Assembly (NCBI GenBank): GCA_964549075.1
Contig: CAZJUB010000012.1
Coordinates: 1-45,686 of the forward strand
DNA length: 45,686 nt
DNA from: an uncultured archaeon
GTDB taxonomy: Archaea > Asgardarchaeota > Heimdallarchaeia > Heimdallarchaeales > Heimdallarchaeaceae
Direction of reading: 5' to 3'
Part shown: in pieces, positions 27,880-37,595 of the stretch
How positions within the stretch are numbered: position 1 is the first letter of the stretch
Layout of the letters: the number at the start of each line of letters is the position of its first letter
Position numbers and translations under genes: made by a program
The notes under the pieces: generated by a model
What the model was told of the DNA's origin: nothing
Databases searched by the model: none
What the model saw: the letters and a program-made list of their open reading frames with translations, nothing else

Positions 27880-29769
27880 ATGCACTATCGAAATAAAATG
27901 GAAGAAATAATGAGTGGTAAACAACGTTTATCTGAAGATGATAGGTTGAAAATGGATTATAAACCAGAATCTATACCCCCTCTTCCAAAAGGGGAAGAAG
28001 CTTTAAAACCAACCACTAAAGCTGGGTGGGAAACTGAAGCAATTATCAGAGCAATGATTTCAAACCTTCATAATGGTAGAGATTGGGAGAAATTATACAT
28101 ATACGGTGGTTCAGGAAAGGTTGCAAGAAACTGGAAGGCTTTTTATGAGACAATTGATTTACTTAAAACACTAGAACCTAATGAAACTTTGTTTCTCCAG
28201 TCAGGCGTATCTTATGGCAAAATGCAGACAACAAGGTGGGCTCCTAGGTGTGTAATTACTAATAGCGTAATTGTACCCCACTGGACTCCATATTTTGAGG
28301 AATTTGTTGCTTCTGGATTATCTGTTTATGGTCAAATGACAGCTGGTTCTTTTATTTTTATAGGCTTACAAGGTATAATACAAGGTACTTATGAAACAAT
28401 TGTAGCTGCAATCAAAGCTGCTGAAAACAAAGCAATCTATAATAAACTAGATGCATTCGAGCAAAAACTGATTGTCAGTGCTGGTCTGGGACTTATGAGT
28501 GGTGCTCAACCTTTAGCTATCAAAATGTGTGGGAAAATAGGGCTTATAGCAGAAGTTAATCCGCACTTGATCGATAGAATGTATAATACAGGAAGAGATC
28601 AAGGGGCACCTTATCTAGACTACAAAACCGAATCTATTGAAGAAGCAATACAAATTGCAAAAAACGCAGCTGAAAAAGATGAAGCAATCTCTATTGGTGT
28701 ACTTTGTAATGCCGTCGAACTTCTACAATATCTTGTTGAGAAAGAAATCACCCCTCTTGTTCTTACCGATCAAACCTCTGCTCATGATCTCTTGAATGGC
28801 TATTATCCTATGGGTCTTAGTTATGCTGAAGCAGATGTTTTGAGGGTTGAAAGTCCTGAAGAGTATATAGAAAGGTCGAAGAAAACTGTAATCAAACATG
28901 TTAGCTTGTTGGTCGAGCTTAGTAAGAAAGGTGCTGAAACTTTTGATTATGGAAATAATATCAGACAACAAGCTTTTGAACTTGGTGTGAAAGATGCATT
29001 TGATTACTCAGGTTTTGTTTTAGAATACGTGCGCCCTCTTTTCTGTGAGGGTAAAGGTCCTTTTAGATGGATGGCTTTAAGTAATGATCCTCAAGATATC
29101 AGAACAACTGACGAATATGCAAAGAAACTATTTTATGATGATAAACAACTTGTAAATTGGTTGGAACTAGCTGATAAATACATTCCATTTGAAGGAGGAT
29201 TACCAGCTCGAGTCTTTTGGGCAGGATTTATTGGTAGAGCTGCTTTTGGAATGTTAATGAATAAACTTGTTGCAGAAGGAATTCTGAAAGCACCTGTAGT
29301 TATTGGTCGCGATCACTTGGATGGTGGTAGTGTCGCTTCTCCAAATAGAGAAACAGAAGGAATGAAAGATGGGAGTGATGCAATTGGTGACTATCCAGTT
29401 CTTAATTTGATGGGTAACGCTTTAAGTGGTGCAACATGGGTTTCTTATCATGGAGGTGGGGGGGTAGGTGTTGGTTACTCTCTCCATGCAGGACAGGTAA
29501 TTCTAGCTGATGGAACACCATTATCACAAGAAAAGCTTTTCCGAGTATTAACATGGGATCCAATGAGTGCAGTATTACGTCATGCAGCAGCTGGTTATGA
29601 AAAAGCTATTGATATTGGGAACCAACATAAATTAGTTATTCCGGGACGAAATGAAAACAAGACTTTTGATTACACGGCTTTGTATAAACATATTATTAAT
29701 TTGGTAAAAGAGAGAGTTGGTATAGATCTTTTTGAACCTATGGAAAATCTAGAGATTTCATTATTATGA
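27880..29769 (+). CDS. hutU: Urocanate hydratase
   Basis: IYGGSGK, YGQMTAGS, QGTYET, SGAQP, TDQTSAHD, FDYGNN, CEGKGPFRW, GRDHLD, SPNRETE, HGGGGVG. The ATG at 27880 is more plausible than 27742, which overlaps the divergent gene. Confidence 0.96.
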   Translation: MHYRNKMEEIMSGKQRLSEDDRLKMDYKPESIPPLPKGEEALKPTTKAGWETEAIIRAMISNLHNGRDWEKLYIYGGSGKVARNWKAFYETIDLLKTLEPNETLFLQSGVSYGKMQTTRWAPRCVITNSVIVPHWTPYFEEFVASGLSVYGQMTAGSFIFIGLQGIIQGTYETIVAAIKAAENKAIYNKLDAFEQKLIVSAGLGLMSGAQPLAIKMCGKIGLIAEVNPHLIDRMYNTGRDQGAPYLDYKTESIEEAIQIAKNAAEKDEAISIGVLCNAVELLQYLVEKEITPLVLTDQTSAHDLLNGYYPMGLSYAEADVLRVESPEEYIERSKKTVIKHVSLLVELSKKGAETFDYGNNIRQQAFELGVKDAFDYSGFVLEYVRPLFCEGKGPFRWMALSNDPQDIRTTDEYAKKLFYDDKQLVNWLELADKYIPFEGGLPARVFWAGFIGRAAFGMLMNKLVAEGILKAPVVIGRDHLDGGSVASPNRETEGMKDGSDAIGDYPVLNLMGNALSGATWVSYHGGGGVGVGYSLHAGQVILADGTPLSQEKLFRVLTWDPMSAVLRHAAAGYEKAIDIGNQHKLVIPGRNENKTFDYTALYKHIINLVKERVGIDLFEPMENLEISLL

Positions 29770-29851
29770 TTTCTCTTTCCTCTACCTATTAACAAATATT
29801 AAAAAATAAGTTCCTTGTTTATTTAATTATAAATATTTAGAGGTCTAAAAG

Positions 29852-31708
29852 ATGAAAGTTAGAAAAATACAAAAGTCATCTCTCTTAATTTTGCTTTGTA
29901 TTACATCGTTATCATATAATGTAATCAATATACGTGCTATAGATGTGTCAGATAGTTACTTTGATATTTATTATCAAGATATTCATGCTTTTCAAGTCAC
30001 AACAATTCATATTCATGCTGAAGGTTCTCAAGGGCATGTGGAAGGAGCATCAGTAAATGTTTCATCAATAGAAGGAACTTTCTTAGAAACTTCTGATACT
30101 TGGGTAACTGGAATAACAAATTCTTATGGAGTACTTTCAGTTCATTGGCAAGCTCCTGATACAGATAATGAAATTGATTCAAAAAACGTAACTTTAGAAG
30201 CTGAGATAATTTCTGGTGTAGATAGCACAACCATTGAGACTAATATTACTGTTCATCCAATTGATTTTGCATTGAGTGAATTCGAAGCTTATCCACTTGA
30301 TGAAGTCTACGAACTACATACAGCTACTCTCTTTGTAAGTTCAAATGGTACCTATAGTCCTATTGAGAATGCAACTGTAAATTTAAGCTGTGATGAAGGT
30401 GTGTTTGTAGCTACAAATACTACTTCAATTTCCGAGAATACTGGAGAATTGACATACGTAACAGTTGAATGGATTGCAAATCTTAGTGTAGTGATTGAAA
30501 ATCCTTTGGTTGTAAACTTTACTGCAGAAATTAGTTATACTGGAAAAATTGTTACTCTTATCCTAAATGAAACAATAACAGTAAATCCTATAGATTTCGA
30601 TTCCTCTACTTTGATACTTTCTGACTATGATGTTGGAGGAGATTATCCTGTTACAGTAACAACAACTGCTTTAGGTCTTTATGGCCCAGTATCTGATGCT
30701 GAGGTTTTTGTTGATGCTTTAGATGGTACTTTTCCAAATGCAATGAAAAATATAACTGGTTATACAGATATAAATGGTGATTTTGTAACTGAATGGACTG
30801 CTCCTGAGGTTGCTTCAGATATTAATATTACGCTGACAACTATCATCCGTTTTCCAACAACAACACTTTTTAAGACTATTAATACAACAGTTTTAGTCCG
30901 TTCTTTCTTACATAATTTTACCCAAATTTCTTTAAGTGCGGATCCACTTAGTGCAACTGTAGGTGATCTGGTCGATATAACTTTGCATACCACAAACGAA
31001 ATCGGTTTACACATTGCATTAGCTAATGCAACTTTCACAGCACCCGGTGGGGAATTCGTGGGGAGTGGAACAGATACCATTACAGTTCAAACAGATGAAA
31101 CAGGAACTGTTTTAGTGGTTTGGGATACTTCAAGTCTAGTTACACCTATTGGTGGGCTCTCCTATCAAATTGATATTGAATTGATAAAAGAACATTACAT
31201 TACAAATAATTCTGCTATTAGCATTTTCGTTGAACCAAATGTTCAGAAACTTGAAACTTCGTCAACAACTGAGCCTTCAACAATTATTAAAGGAGCTAAT
31301 GTTACTATAACAGTTTATGTTACAGCAGATAGTGCAAACATTGAAGGTGCTACAGTTCAGATAATTGCATTAGCTGGCAAATTCGCTAGTTCAGATGATG
31401 TTGTAGCAACTCTCAATACTGATGCATCTGGTATGGTTGAATTTGTTTGGATAACAGTGGACATGACTGTAACAGCAACTACCAATTATAACTTTGAAAT
31501 ACTTGCTACATTACCAGGTTTTGATACTTCAGATGTAGAATATGTAAGTGTAATAGTTAACCCTAGTGAAAGCGAAACAACTACTCCAACAAATGGTGGT
31601 GGTTTGAGTCAAAATCAAATGTTAGGCATTCTTTTAGGTGCTGTAGGTGGATTACTAGTAATTGGAACAATTGGTTATTTAATTATTAGAAAGAAACCAG
31701 TGTCATAA
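29852..31708 (+). CDS. Surface glycoprotein with tandem Ig-like (invasin/Big-like) domains
   Basis: About 5 repeats of ..GA.V......G.F......T...G.....W... Signal peptide, Thr-rich linker, C-terminal TM followed by RKK, many N-x-S/T sequons. Confidence 0.8.
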   Translation: MKVRKIQKSSLLILLCITSLSYNVINIRAIDVSDSYFDIYYQDIHAFQVTTIHIHAEGSQGHVEGASVNVSSIEGTFLETSDTWVTGITNSYGVLSVHWQAPDTDNEIDSKNVTLEAEIISGVDSTTIETNITVHPIDFALSEFEAYPLDEVYELHTATLFVSSNGTYSPIENATVNLSCDEGVFVATNTTSISENTGELTYVTVEWIANLSVVIENPLVVNFTAEISYTGKIVTLILNETITVNPIDFDSSTLILSDYDVGGDYPVTVTTTALGLYGPVSDAEVFVDALDGTFPNAMKNITGYTDINGDFVTEWTAPEVASDINITLTTIIRFPTTTLFKTINTTVLVRSFLHNFTQISLSADPLSATVGDLVDITLHTTNEIGLHIALANATFTAPGGEFVGSGTDTITVQTDETGTVLVVWDTSSLVTPIGGLSYQIDIELIKEHYITNNSAISIFVEPNVQKLETSSTTEPSTIIKGANVTITVYVTADSANIEGATVQIIALAGKFASSDDVVATLNTDASGMVEFVWITVDMTVTATTNYNFEILATLPGFDTSDVEYVSVIVNPSESETTTPTNGGGLSQNQMLGILLGAVGGLLVIGTIGYLIIRKKPVS

Positions 31709-31786
31709 CCTATCCTTTTTTTATTTTTTGTTTTACCTTTATAGATAATTTAAATAGAAATCCTTACAATAGTTTATTGGGTTCAA

Positions 31787-34549
31787 ATGTTGATTATATT
31801 TAAAAAAAGGAGAGCTGTTTCTCCAGTCGTAGCAACTATACTTCTTATAGGATTAGTATTAGCTGCAGCATCAATTGTTTTTCTTGTCGTACTTCCTATG
31901 CTTAATCCAGTATTAACTCCAAATTTAATCCTTGAAGAATCTACGAGTTTCATGGATTATGATAATGATGGAAATTGCGATTATATGGAATTTCAGATTA
32001 TGAATTTACAAGGTAGCGCAGATGCTAATATCTCGCAGATCATAATTCACTGGGTGTTAGGAGATACAGGAGATGATGCTTCGTGGAAACCATTTACCAG
32101 TAATTCAGCTTTTATAGGAGAAGGTTCTCGAAAGCAAGTTAGATTTATTGCAGTTGGTGATAATATTGACGAAATCCCAGATAGTGCTGATTTAACCTTA
32201 AGAATCACTTGTGGAGATTTTACATCAATACTTGATGTAGGAGATCCAGTCAATGTCCAACTTGGAAATCCTGTACGTGTAGAATTCTTAGATGGTTCTA
32301 GCAACCCTATCGTTGGAGGTAATATCAATTTCTATCGGGGCACTGGAGAATATGCGTATACAGGAGAAAAAACTGATATTAGTGGAATATCAACAACTTA
32401 TCTATTTCCAGGACGATATTATGCTAGAGCGTCAGACGGACTATCAATTTATTATACTGATGCTTTTCTGCATCCGGGAACAGGAATGTTACATCTAGCA
32501 GTTCAAGGCGGTATTTTAACTGTAATGGTAAAAGCTGGTTCATCACCAATCGAAAGCGCTGTAACTTATGTTTATGATATATATGGTCATTATGTTGGGA
32601 AAAGTGGTTTAACTGGAGAAGATGGTTTAGTTACATTTTCCCTTGAAAATGGTCTATATAAAATACGAACTGATGTAGCAGGTATTACTTATTATAGTAG
32701 TGATGTGAATTTTCCAGATACAAGTTATGTTGAAATTGATACTGGTGGGGGAGACATTTACTGTAGAGTTATTGATGGGGGAAATAATCCAATCTCCAAT
32801 GTACGTGTATATCTGTTTAGAGCTTCTGGTAGTTATTTTGGAAAGTATGCTACTACTAATACAACAGGACTTGCAGAATTTACTGCTGTTCCTGGTGGGG
32901 CTTTGTTCAAATTCCGTGTAGACTATTTAGCATACAGATTGTGGAGTCAAGAGTTTGGGGCATCGTTTGGATCTATCATAGATGTAAATGTGGGTGGTGG
33001 AACTATTTACGTAAATGTAACTGACGGATCTGGTTTAGCAATTCAAAATGTAAGGACTCACTTATTTACTCAAACTGGAAGCTACTCTGGAATATATGCG
33101 GACACAAATGCATCTGGAATAGCAACTTACAATAGCATTGCAGGTGGATGGTTTAAAATTAGAATCAGTTATTTAGCTCAATATTTCTGGTCACCAGTTT
33201 TCAATGCTACTAATGGATATATTGTCCAGGCATCATTAGGTGGAGGAACACTTTATGGTAACATAACTGCAAGTGGAAAACCAATTGTTAATACTCGTGT
33301 TCATCTCTATACTTCAACTAATTCCTATACTGGACGATATGGTGATACTGACTCTTATGGTATCGTAGAAATACAAGGTATTGGAGAAGGCTATTACAGA
33401 ATGAGGATTAGTTATCAATCAAAGTATTATTGGTCACCAGTCTTCTTCTTCAATGAGACAGCTGTTGTTCCATACGATATAGGCGGAGGAACAGTATATG
33501 CTAATGTTACTTCTGGTGGAACACCTATTAGCGGAGTAAGTGTTCATGTATTCACTCCTTCGGGCAGCTATGCTGGTGTTTATGAAGATACGAATGCTAG
33601 TGGAATTGCTGAATTTACCACACTTGGTGGTGGTGACTTCAAATTCCGAGTCAGTTACCTATCTAAGTATTTCTGGAGTGAAGTCTTTACTACATCAGAC
33701 GGATTAATTGTGGATGTTGATTTAGGTGGAGGTATTATCAACGTACACCTATTCAACAATTATGGCTACAACATTTCAGGAGTAAGAATACATCTCTTCA
33801 CAGAATCAGGCTCTTACGCACAAAAATATAGTGATACAGATGCTAATGGAATAGCAACATTTACAGGTATAGGTGAGGCTAATTTCAAGTTCAGAGCTAG
33901 TTACCTATCTAAGTACTACTGGTCAACAGTATTTTTAGCAACTGATGGTTTGAATTTCGACTTCAATATTGGTGGTGGAATTGTATATCTACATGCTTTT
34001 GATGGAAGTAGTACAGATATTATTGGTGCTAGTGTTCATTTATTCACCTCTTCAGGAAGCTATACAGGTTTCTATACAAATCTTGATGGTTCAGGAATGT
34101 TATCTTGTCCAAGAACAGGCGATGGTACATTTAAGTGGAGATTGAGTTATCTTGGTAAATACTTCTGGTCTCCTGAATTTGATGCTATCAATGGTTCTAC
34201 ATTGGAATTCAATATAGGTGGAGGAACAATATATGTGCATCTTACTGATAGTGAAGGTGACGATATTGTAGGGGGTCAAATCTATCTATATACTTCTACA
34301 GGTACTTATACTGGAAAAGTAGAATACACTAATTCAACTGGATGGGCAGTTTTTTATGGCATAGGTGATGGTGAGTATAGAGTAAGATATAGCGAAAGTG
34401 GAACTTCTTATTACGCATATTTCACTGCATCTATAGATCTAGTTATTGAATTCTCAATTCCTGTTGCTTTACCAATGCCACTATTAATGGTAACAATTGA
34501 TTTACCAAATAACAAGGAAGTTTATCTTCCTTCTTTTGTTTTTTCTTAA
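31787..34549 (+). CDS. Giant archaeal type IV pilin/archaellin-like protein with tandem beta-sandwich repeats
   Basis: Class III signal peptide KKRRA|VSPVVATILLIGLVLAA, a DYDNDGNCD loop, and 9 repeats of ~81 aa. Confidence 0.85.
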   Translation: MLIIFKKRRAVSPVVATILLIGLVLAAASIVFLVVLPMLNPVLTPNLILEESTSFMDYDNDGNCDYMEFQIMNLQGSADANISQIIIHWVLGDTGDDASWKPFTSNSAFIGEGSRKQVRFIAVGDNIDEIPDSADLTLRITCGDFTSILDVGDPVNVQLGNPVRVEFLDGSSNPIVGGNINFYRGTGEYAYTGEKTDISGISTTYLFPGRYYARASDGLSIYYTDAFLHPGTGMLHLAVQGGILTVMVKAGSSPIESAVTYVYDIYGHYVGKSGLTGEDGLVTFSLENGLYKIRTDVAGITYYSSDVNFPDTSYVEIDTGGGDIYCRVIDGGNNPISNVRVYLFRASGSYFGKYATTNTTGLAEFTAVPGGALFKFRVDYLAYRLWSQEFGASFGSIIDVNVGGGTIYVNVTDGSGLAIQNVRTHLFTQTGSYSGIYADTNASGIATYNSIAGGWFKIRISYLAQYFWSPVFNATNGYIVQASLGGGTLYGNITASGKPIVNTRVHLYTSTNSYTGRYGDTDSYGIVEIQGIGEGYYRMRISYQSKYYWSPVFFFNETAVVPYDIGGGTVYANVTSGGTPISGVSVHVFTPSGSYAGVYEDTNASGIAEFTTLGGGDFKFRVSYLSKYFWSEVFTTSDGLIVDVDLGGGIINVHLFNNYGYNISGVRIHLFTESGSYAQKYSDTDANGIATFTGIGEANFKFRASYLSKYYWSTVFLATDGLNFDFNIGGGIVYLHAFDGSSTDIIGASVHLFTSSGSYTGFYTNLDGSGMLSCPRTGDGTFKWRLSYLGKYFWSPEFDAINGSTLEFNIGGGTIYVHLTDSEGDDIVGGQIYLYTSTGTYTGKVEYTNSTGWAVFYGIGDGEYRVRYSESGTSYYAYFTASIDLVIEFSIPVALPMPLLMVTIDLPNNKEVYLPSFVFS
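32264..34463 (+). repeat. Nine intragenic ~81-aa repeats (carboxypeptidase-regulatory/prealbumin-like beta-sandwich)
   Basis: Consensus GG.IYV.......I....VHLFT.SGSY.G.Y..T...G...F..IG.G.FKFR.SYL..YFWS..F. Confidence 0.85.
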
Positions 34550-34613
34550 TTTTTTTATAACACAAATCTTTAGTTTTATAAAATTACTAAATCATAATTA
34601 TATGGTGATAAGT

Positions 34614-35309
34614 ATGAGTTCTGAAATACTAGACATTTTAGAGCAATGTGCGTCTCAAGGAAGAAAAATACTTACTTATGAAGAATCTAGAAAAGTAATG
34701 GATAGAGTAGGTTTTCCTTTAAATAAGATGTTTTTTGCTCAAGATGTAGAAGATTGTATAATTAAAGCATCTGAAATTGGTTATCCAGTTGTTTTGAAAA
34801 TTGTTTCAAAGGATGTTGTTCATAAATCTGATTCTGGTGGGATTAAAGTAGGAATTAAATCTGCTGAGGAGTTAAATACTGCTTGTTGTGAAATGTTAAA
34901 AACAGTTGAGGAATACCATCCAAACGCAAAAATTGATGGCTTTAGTGTTGAAGAAATGGTTGAAGGAGTAGAGCTTCTCATTGGAACTAATACTGATAAA
35001 CAATTCGGTAAAATGATTGCTTTAGGGATTGGTGGAATATTCGTAGAGGTGTATAAAGATGTATCTTTTCGTCTTATCCCAGTAACTAAATACGATGTTG
35101 AGGAGATGATTGATGAAATAGTTGGAAAAAAACTGCTAGAAGGTTATCGCGGAAAACCTAAGATTGATCAAAAAGAATTGATTTCTTTTGTATTGAAAGT
35201 ATCAGATCTCATAGAATCTTTTCCTCAAATTAAAGAAATGGATTTAAATCCAGTTGTAGGTACTTTTCAAGGTTTAAGAGCTATTGATGCTAGAATTATA
35301 CTGGAGTAA
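34614..35309 (+). CDS. acdB: Acyl-CoA synthetase (ADP-forming) beta subunit (ATP-grasp)
   Basis: IGYPVVLK, HKSDSGGI, EEM, GIGGIFVEVYKDVSFR, EMDLNP, IDARI. ATG at 34614 preceded by GGTGA. Confidence 0.92.
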   Translation: MSSEILDILEQCASQGRKILTYEESRKVMDRVGFPLNKMFFAQDVEDCIIKASEIGYPVVLKIVSKDVVHKSDSGGIKVGIKSAEELNTACCEMLKTVEEYHPNAKIDGFSVEEMVEGVELLIGTNTDKQFGKMIALGIGGIFVEVYKDVSFRLIPVTKYDVEEMIDEIVGKKLLEGYRGKPKIDQKELISFVLKVSDLIESFPQIKEMDLNPVVGTFQGLRAIDARIILE

Positions 35310-35375
35310 ACTACGTGACTTAATACTAAATAAAATACTTTTTAAAACCAAAGAATTAGAAGACTTGGTGATTGA

Positions 35376-35648
35376 ATGTCTAAAATCAAAATAAGTCATA
35401 TTCTAGTTAAAAAACGATCACAAGCTGCTGCTATTCTTGAAGAGCTTCAAAGTGGTGCAGATTTTGCAGAATTAGCGAAAAAGCATTCTTTGTGTCCTTC
35501 GAAGAAGAGAGGGGGAAGTTTAGGTTTTATCACTCGGGGAGATATGGTGAAAGAATTTGAAAAGGCTGCTTTCTCTTTAGCTAAAGGGGAGCTTTCTGGT
35601 ATTGTTAAGACTGAATATGGCTATCATGTTCTTAAGCGAACTAGCTAG
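35376..35648 (+). CDS. ppiC: Parvulin-type peptidyl-prolyl isomerase
   Basis: HILVK, FAELAKKHSLCPS, GGSLG, MVKEFEKAAF, VKTEYGYH. Confidence 0.93.
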   Translation: MSKIKISHILVKKRSQAAAILEELQSGADFAELAKKHSLCPSKKRGGSLGFITRGDMVKEFEKAAFSLAKGELSGIVKTEYGYHVLKRTS

Positions 35649-35731
35649 TTTTCTTTATTTTTTTCAGTAAGAAAGAAATATTTATATTTTGTTAGGTGTG
35701 TGATTATTCAGCACACACGATAGTGATTAAA

Positions 35732-36391
35732 ATGTCAGTAGAAGTTGATGATAATATCAAAAGACAAGTGAAAGAAATTTTCCAGCATATGGAAAAAGAA
35801 GTAATTGTCAAGTTATTTGTAGATAAGGATAAATGTTTGACATGTACTCAAACAAAACAAATCCTTGAATTATTAGTAGAACTTGCTCCAGAAGGAAAGT
35901 TGAAGCTTGATATATATAATAAGGAAGATAATCCCCCTGAAATTAACAAATATGAAGTAAAAAGATTTCCAACCATTCTAATACATGGGGATGAAGAACA
36001 CAAAGTTATCTTTACTGGAATTCCTAGTGGTTATGAATTTGGGACATTAGTTGAAGATATTCTAGATATCTCTGCTAGAAAGGTAACACTGAAACCAGAA
36101 AATCTAGAAAAAGTAAAGAAAATAGATAAACCTATTTCTATTCAGGTTTTTGTTACACCAACTTGTCCATATTGCCCATCAGCTGTTCGTATAGCTCATA
36201 AATTGGCTATGGCAAATCCTAATATAACTGGAGAAGGAATCGAAGCAACCGAATTCCCACTTTTATCCCAAAAATATTATGTTATGGGAGTTCCAAAAAC
36301 TGTTATTAACGGAGGAAAAGTTCAATTTGAGGGAGCTTATCCTGAAGATAATTTTGTAGAAAAAGTGCTTGAAGCTTATAAGGCAGCTTAA
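35732..36391 (+). CDS. Protein disulfide oxidoreductase (PDO; two thioredoxin folds)
   Basis: CLTC and CPYC active sites, GIPSGYEF, VMGVP, FEGAYP. Start at the ATG at 35732. Confidence 0.9.
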   Translation: MSVEVDDNIKRQVKEIFQHMEKEVIVKLFVDKDKCLTCTQTKQILELLVELAPEGKLKLDIYNKEDNPPEINKYEVKRFPTILIHGDEEHKVIFTGIPSGYEFGTLVEDILDISARKVTLKPENLEKVKKIDKPISIQVFVTPTCPYCPSAVRIAHKLAMANPNITGEGIEATEFPLLSQKYYVMGVPKTVINGGKVQFEGAYPEDNFVEKVLEAYKAA

Positions 36392-36409
36392 AGCTCCTCT
36401 AAGCGCATT

Positions 36410-37474
36410 TTATTTTTCTTCTTCTAGATCATCTTGAACGATTTCACTAGGATCTTGAAGTTCTTCTTCTTGTTTTTCGTCTAATCCATGTTCAGAAATT
36501 TCAGATTCATCATCTGATACTCCTTCATCTTGAGTTTCTAATTCTGGGATAGGTTCTTCTTGTTTCTCATCAACAATTTCTCCCTTTTCCTCAACATCCT
36601 CCTCAATCTCTTCATCTGGATCTTTTTCAAATTCTTTCTTTTCATCAAGCAATTTCCTTATATTTTGTTTAACCAATTCAATTGCAGTTTTCTTTTGCAT
36701 TTCTAATTCGCTGAGCTTATTTTTAACATCCTCTTCTGAAAGAATTTTCTTTGTTTCTTTCTTTGTTTCTATAGAAATTGATTCAATGTAATCTTTGATC
36801 ATATTCAATCTCATATCTAAAGCTTTGAAAGATTTATGATCATCAACGTCATTAATCTGTTTTGGTAAGCCTTGGAGCTCCAACAAATATTGTTGAACTT
36901 GAAAAGCATAATTATCTAGTTGATCAAGAGTTTGAAAGACTTTTTTCTCATATTCTTTTTCTTCCATATCCGCTTTTGTAGGTCTAGCTCTCTTAGTTTC
37001 TTTATCTGTAAAAAGAACAACATGAACCTTACCATAGACATACAGAAGGAGTGGCATTACAAAAATCATAATGAAAATAGGTATAAAACAGATTAGTGGA
37101 ATAGCTATTATCGGTTTCAATCCTTGGAAATTTACAAATAAATTTACCAAGGTTGCTTGAAAATTTGGGATAGTTTCATAAAGAATTACTATTATCATAC
37201 TATAAAATAAAACTACGGGAATAGATATCCCAAGAGATTTCAATACCGACTTTAACATATTGATAGTAGTATCAAGAGAAACTTCATCTTTGTAATGGTA
37301 AACACATTCAGTTACAGTTATTAATGCCACTAGAAAAGCAAGTGGTACCTCAAAAATTGCTAATATAAGAACATTCATTGAGAATATTGGAATTAGTAAA
37401 AAACTAAAGATTGCTGCAACAATAAATGAAAAAACACTCTGATTTAGATTTCTTGACATCCTTGCATGTGGCAT
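36410..37474 (-). CDS. Hypothetical membrane protein with cytoplasmic coiled coil and acidic tail
   Basis: 4 N-terminal TM segments, heptad-rich middle, D/E-rich C-terminal ~70 aa. Confidence 0.7.
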   Translation of the reverse strand: MPHARMSRNLNQSVFSFIVAAIFSFLLIPIFSMNVLILAIFEVPLAFLVALITVTECVYHYKDEVSLDTTINMLKSVLKSLGISIPVVLFYSMIIVILYETIPNFQATLVNLFVNFQGLKPIIAIPLICFIPIFIMIFVMPLLLYVYGKVHVVLFTDKETKRARPTKADMEEKEYEKKVFQTLDQLDNYAFQVQQYLLELQGLPKQINDVDDHKSFKALDMRLNMIKDYIESISIETKKETKKILSEEDVKNKLSELEMQKKTAIELVKQNIRKLLDEKKEFEKDPDEEIEEDVEEKGEIVDEKQEEPIPELETQDEGVSDDESEISEHGLDEKQEEELQDPSEIVQDDLEEEK

Positions 37475-37595
37475 AGTTATTACGTGTGTGAGTTTATAAA
37501 AAAAGGTTTTCCATGAAGGAAATCACTAAGTAGCTTTTCCAATCAACTATTTATTTTCAATAAAATTTATGAAGTTGAACTTAATTGTACAAATA

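Noticed and set aside
29791-29800. ACAAATATT match to the putative omegaRNA guide (2239-2247)
   Set aside because: Short AT-rich promoter-like sequence that does not include the guide's first bases, so it is not significant.
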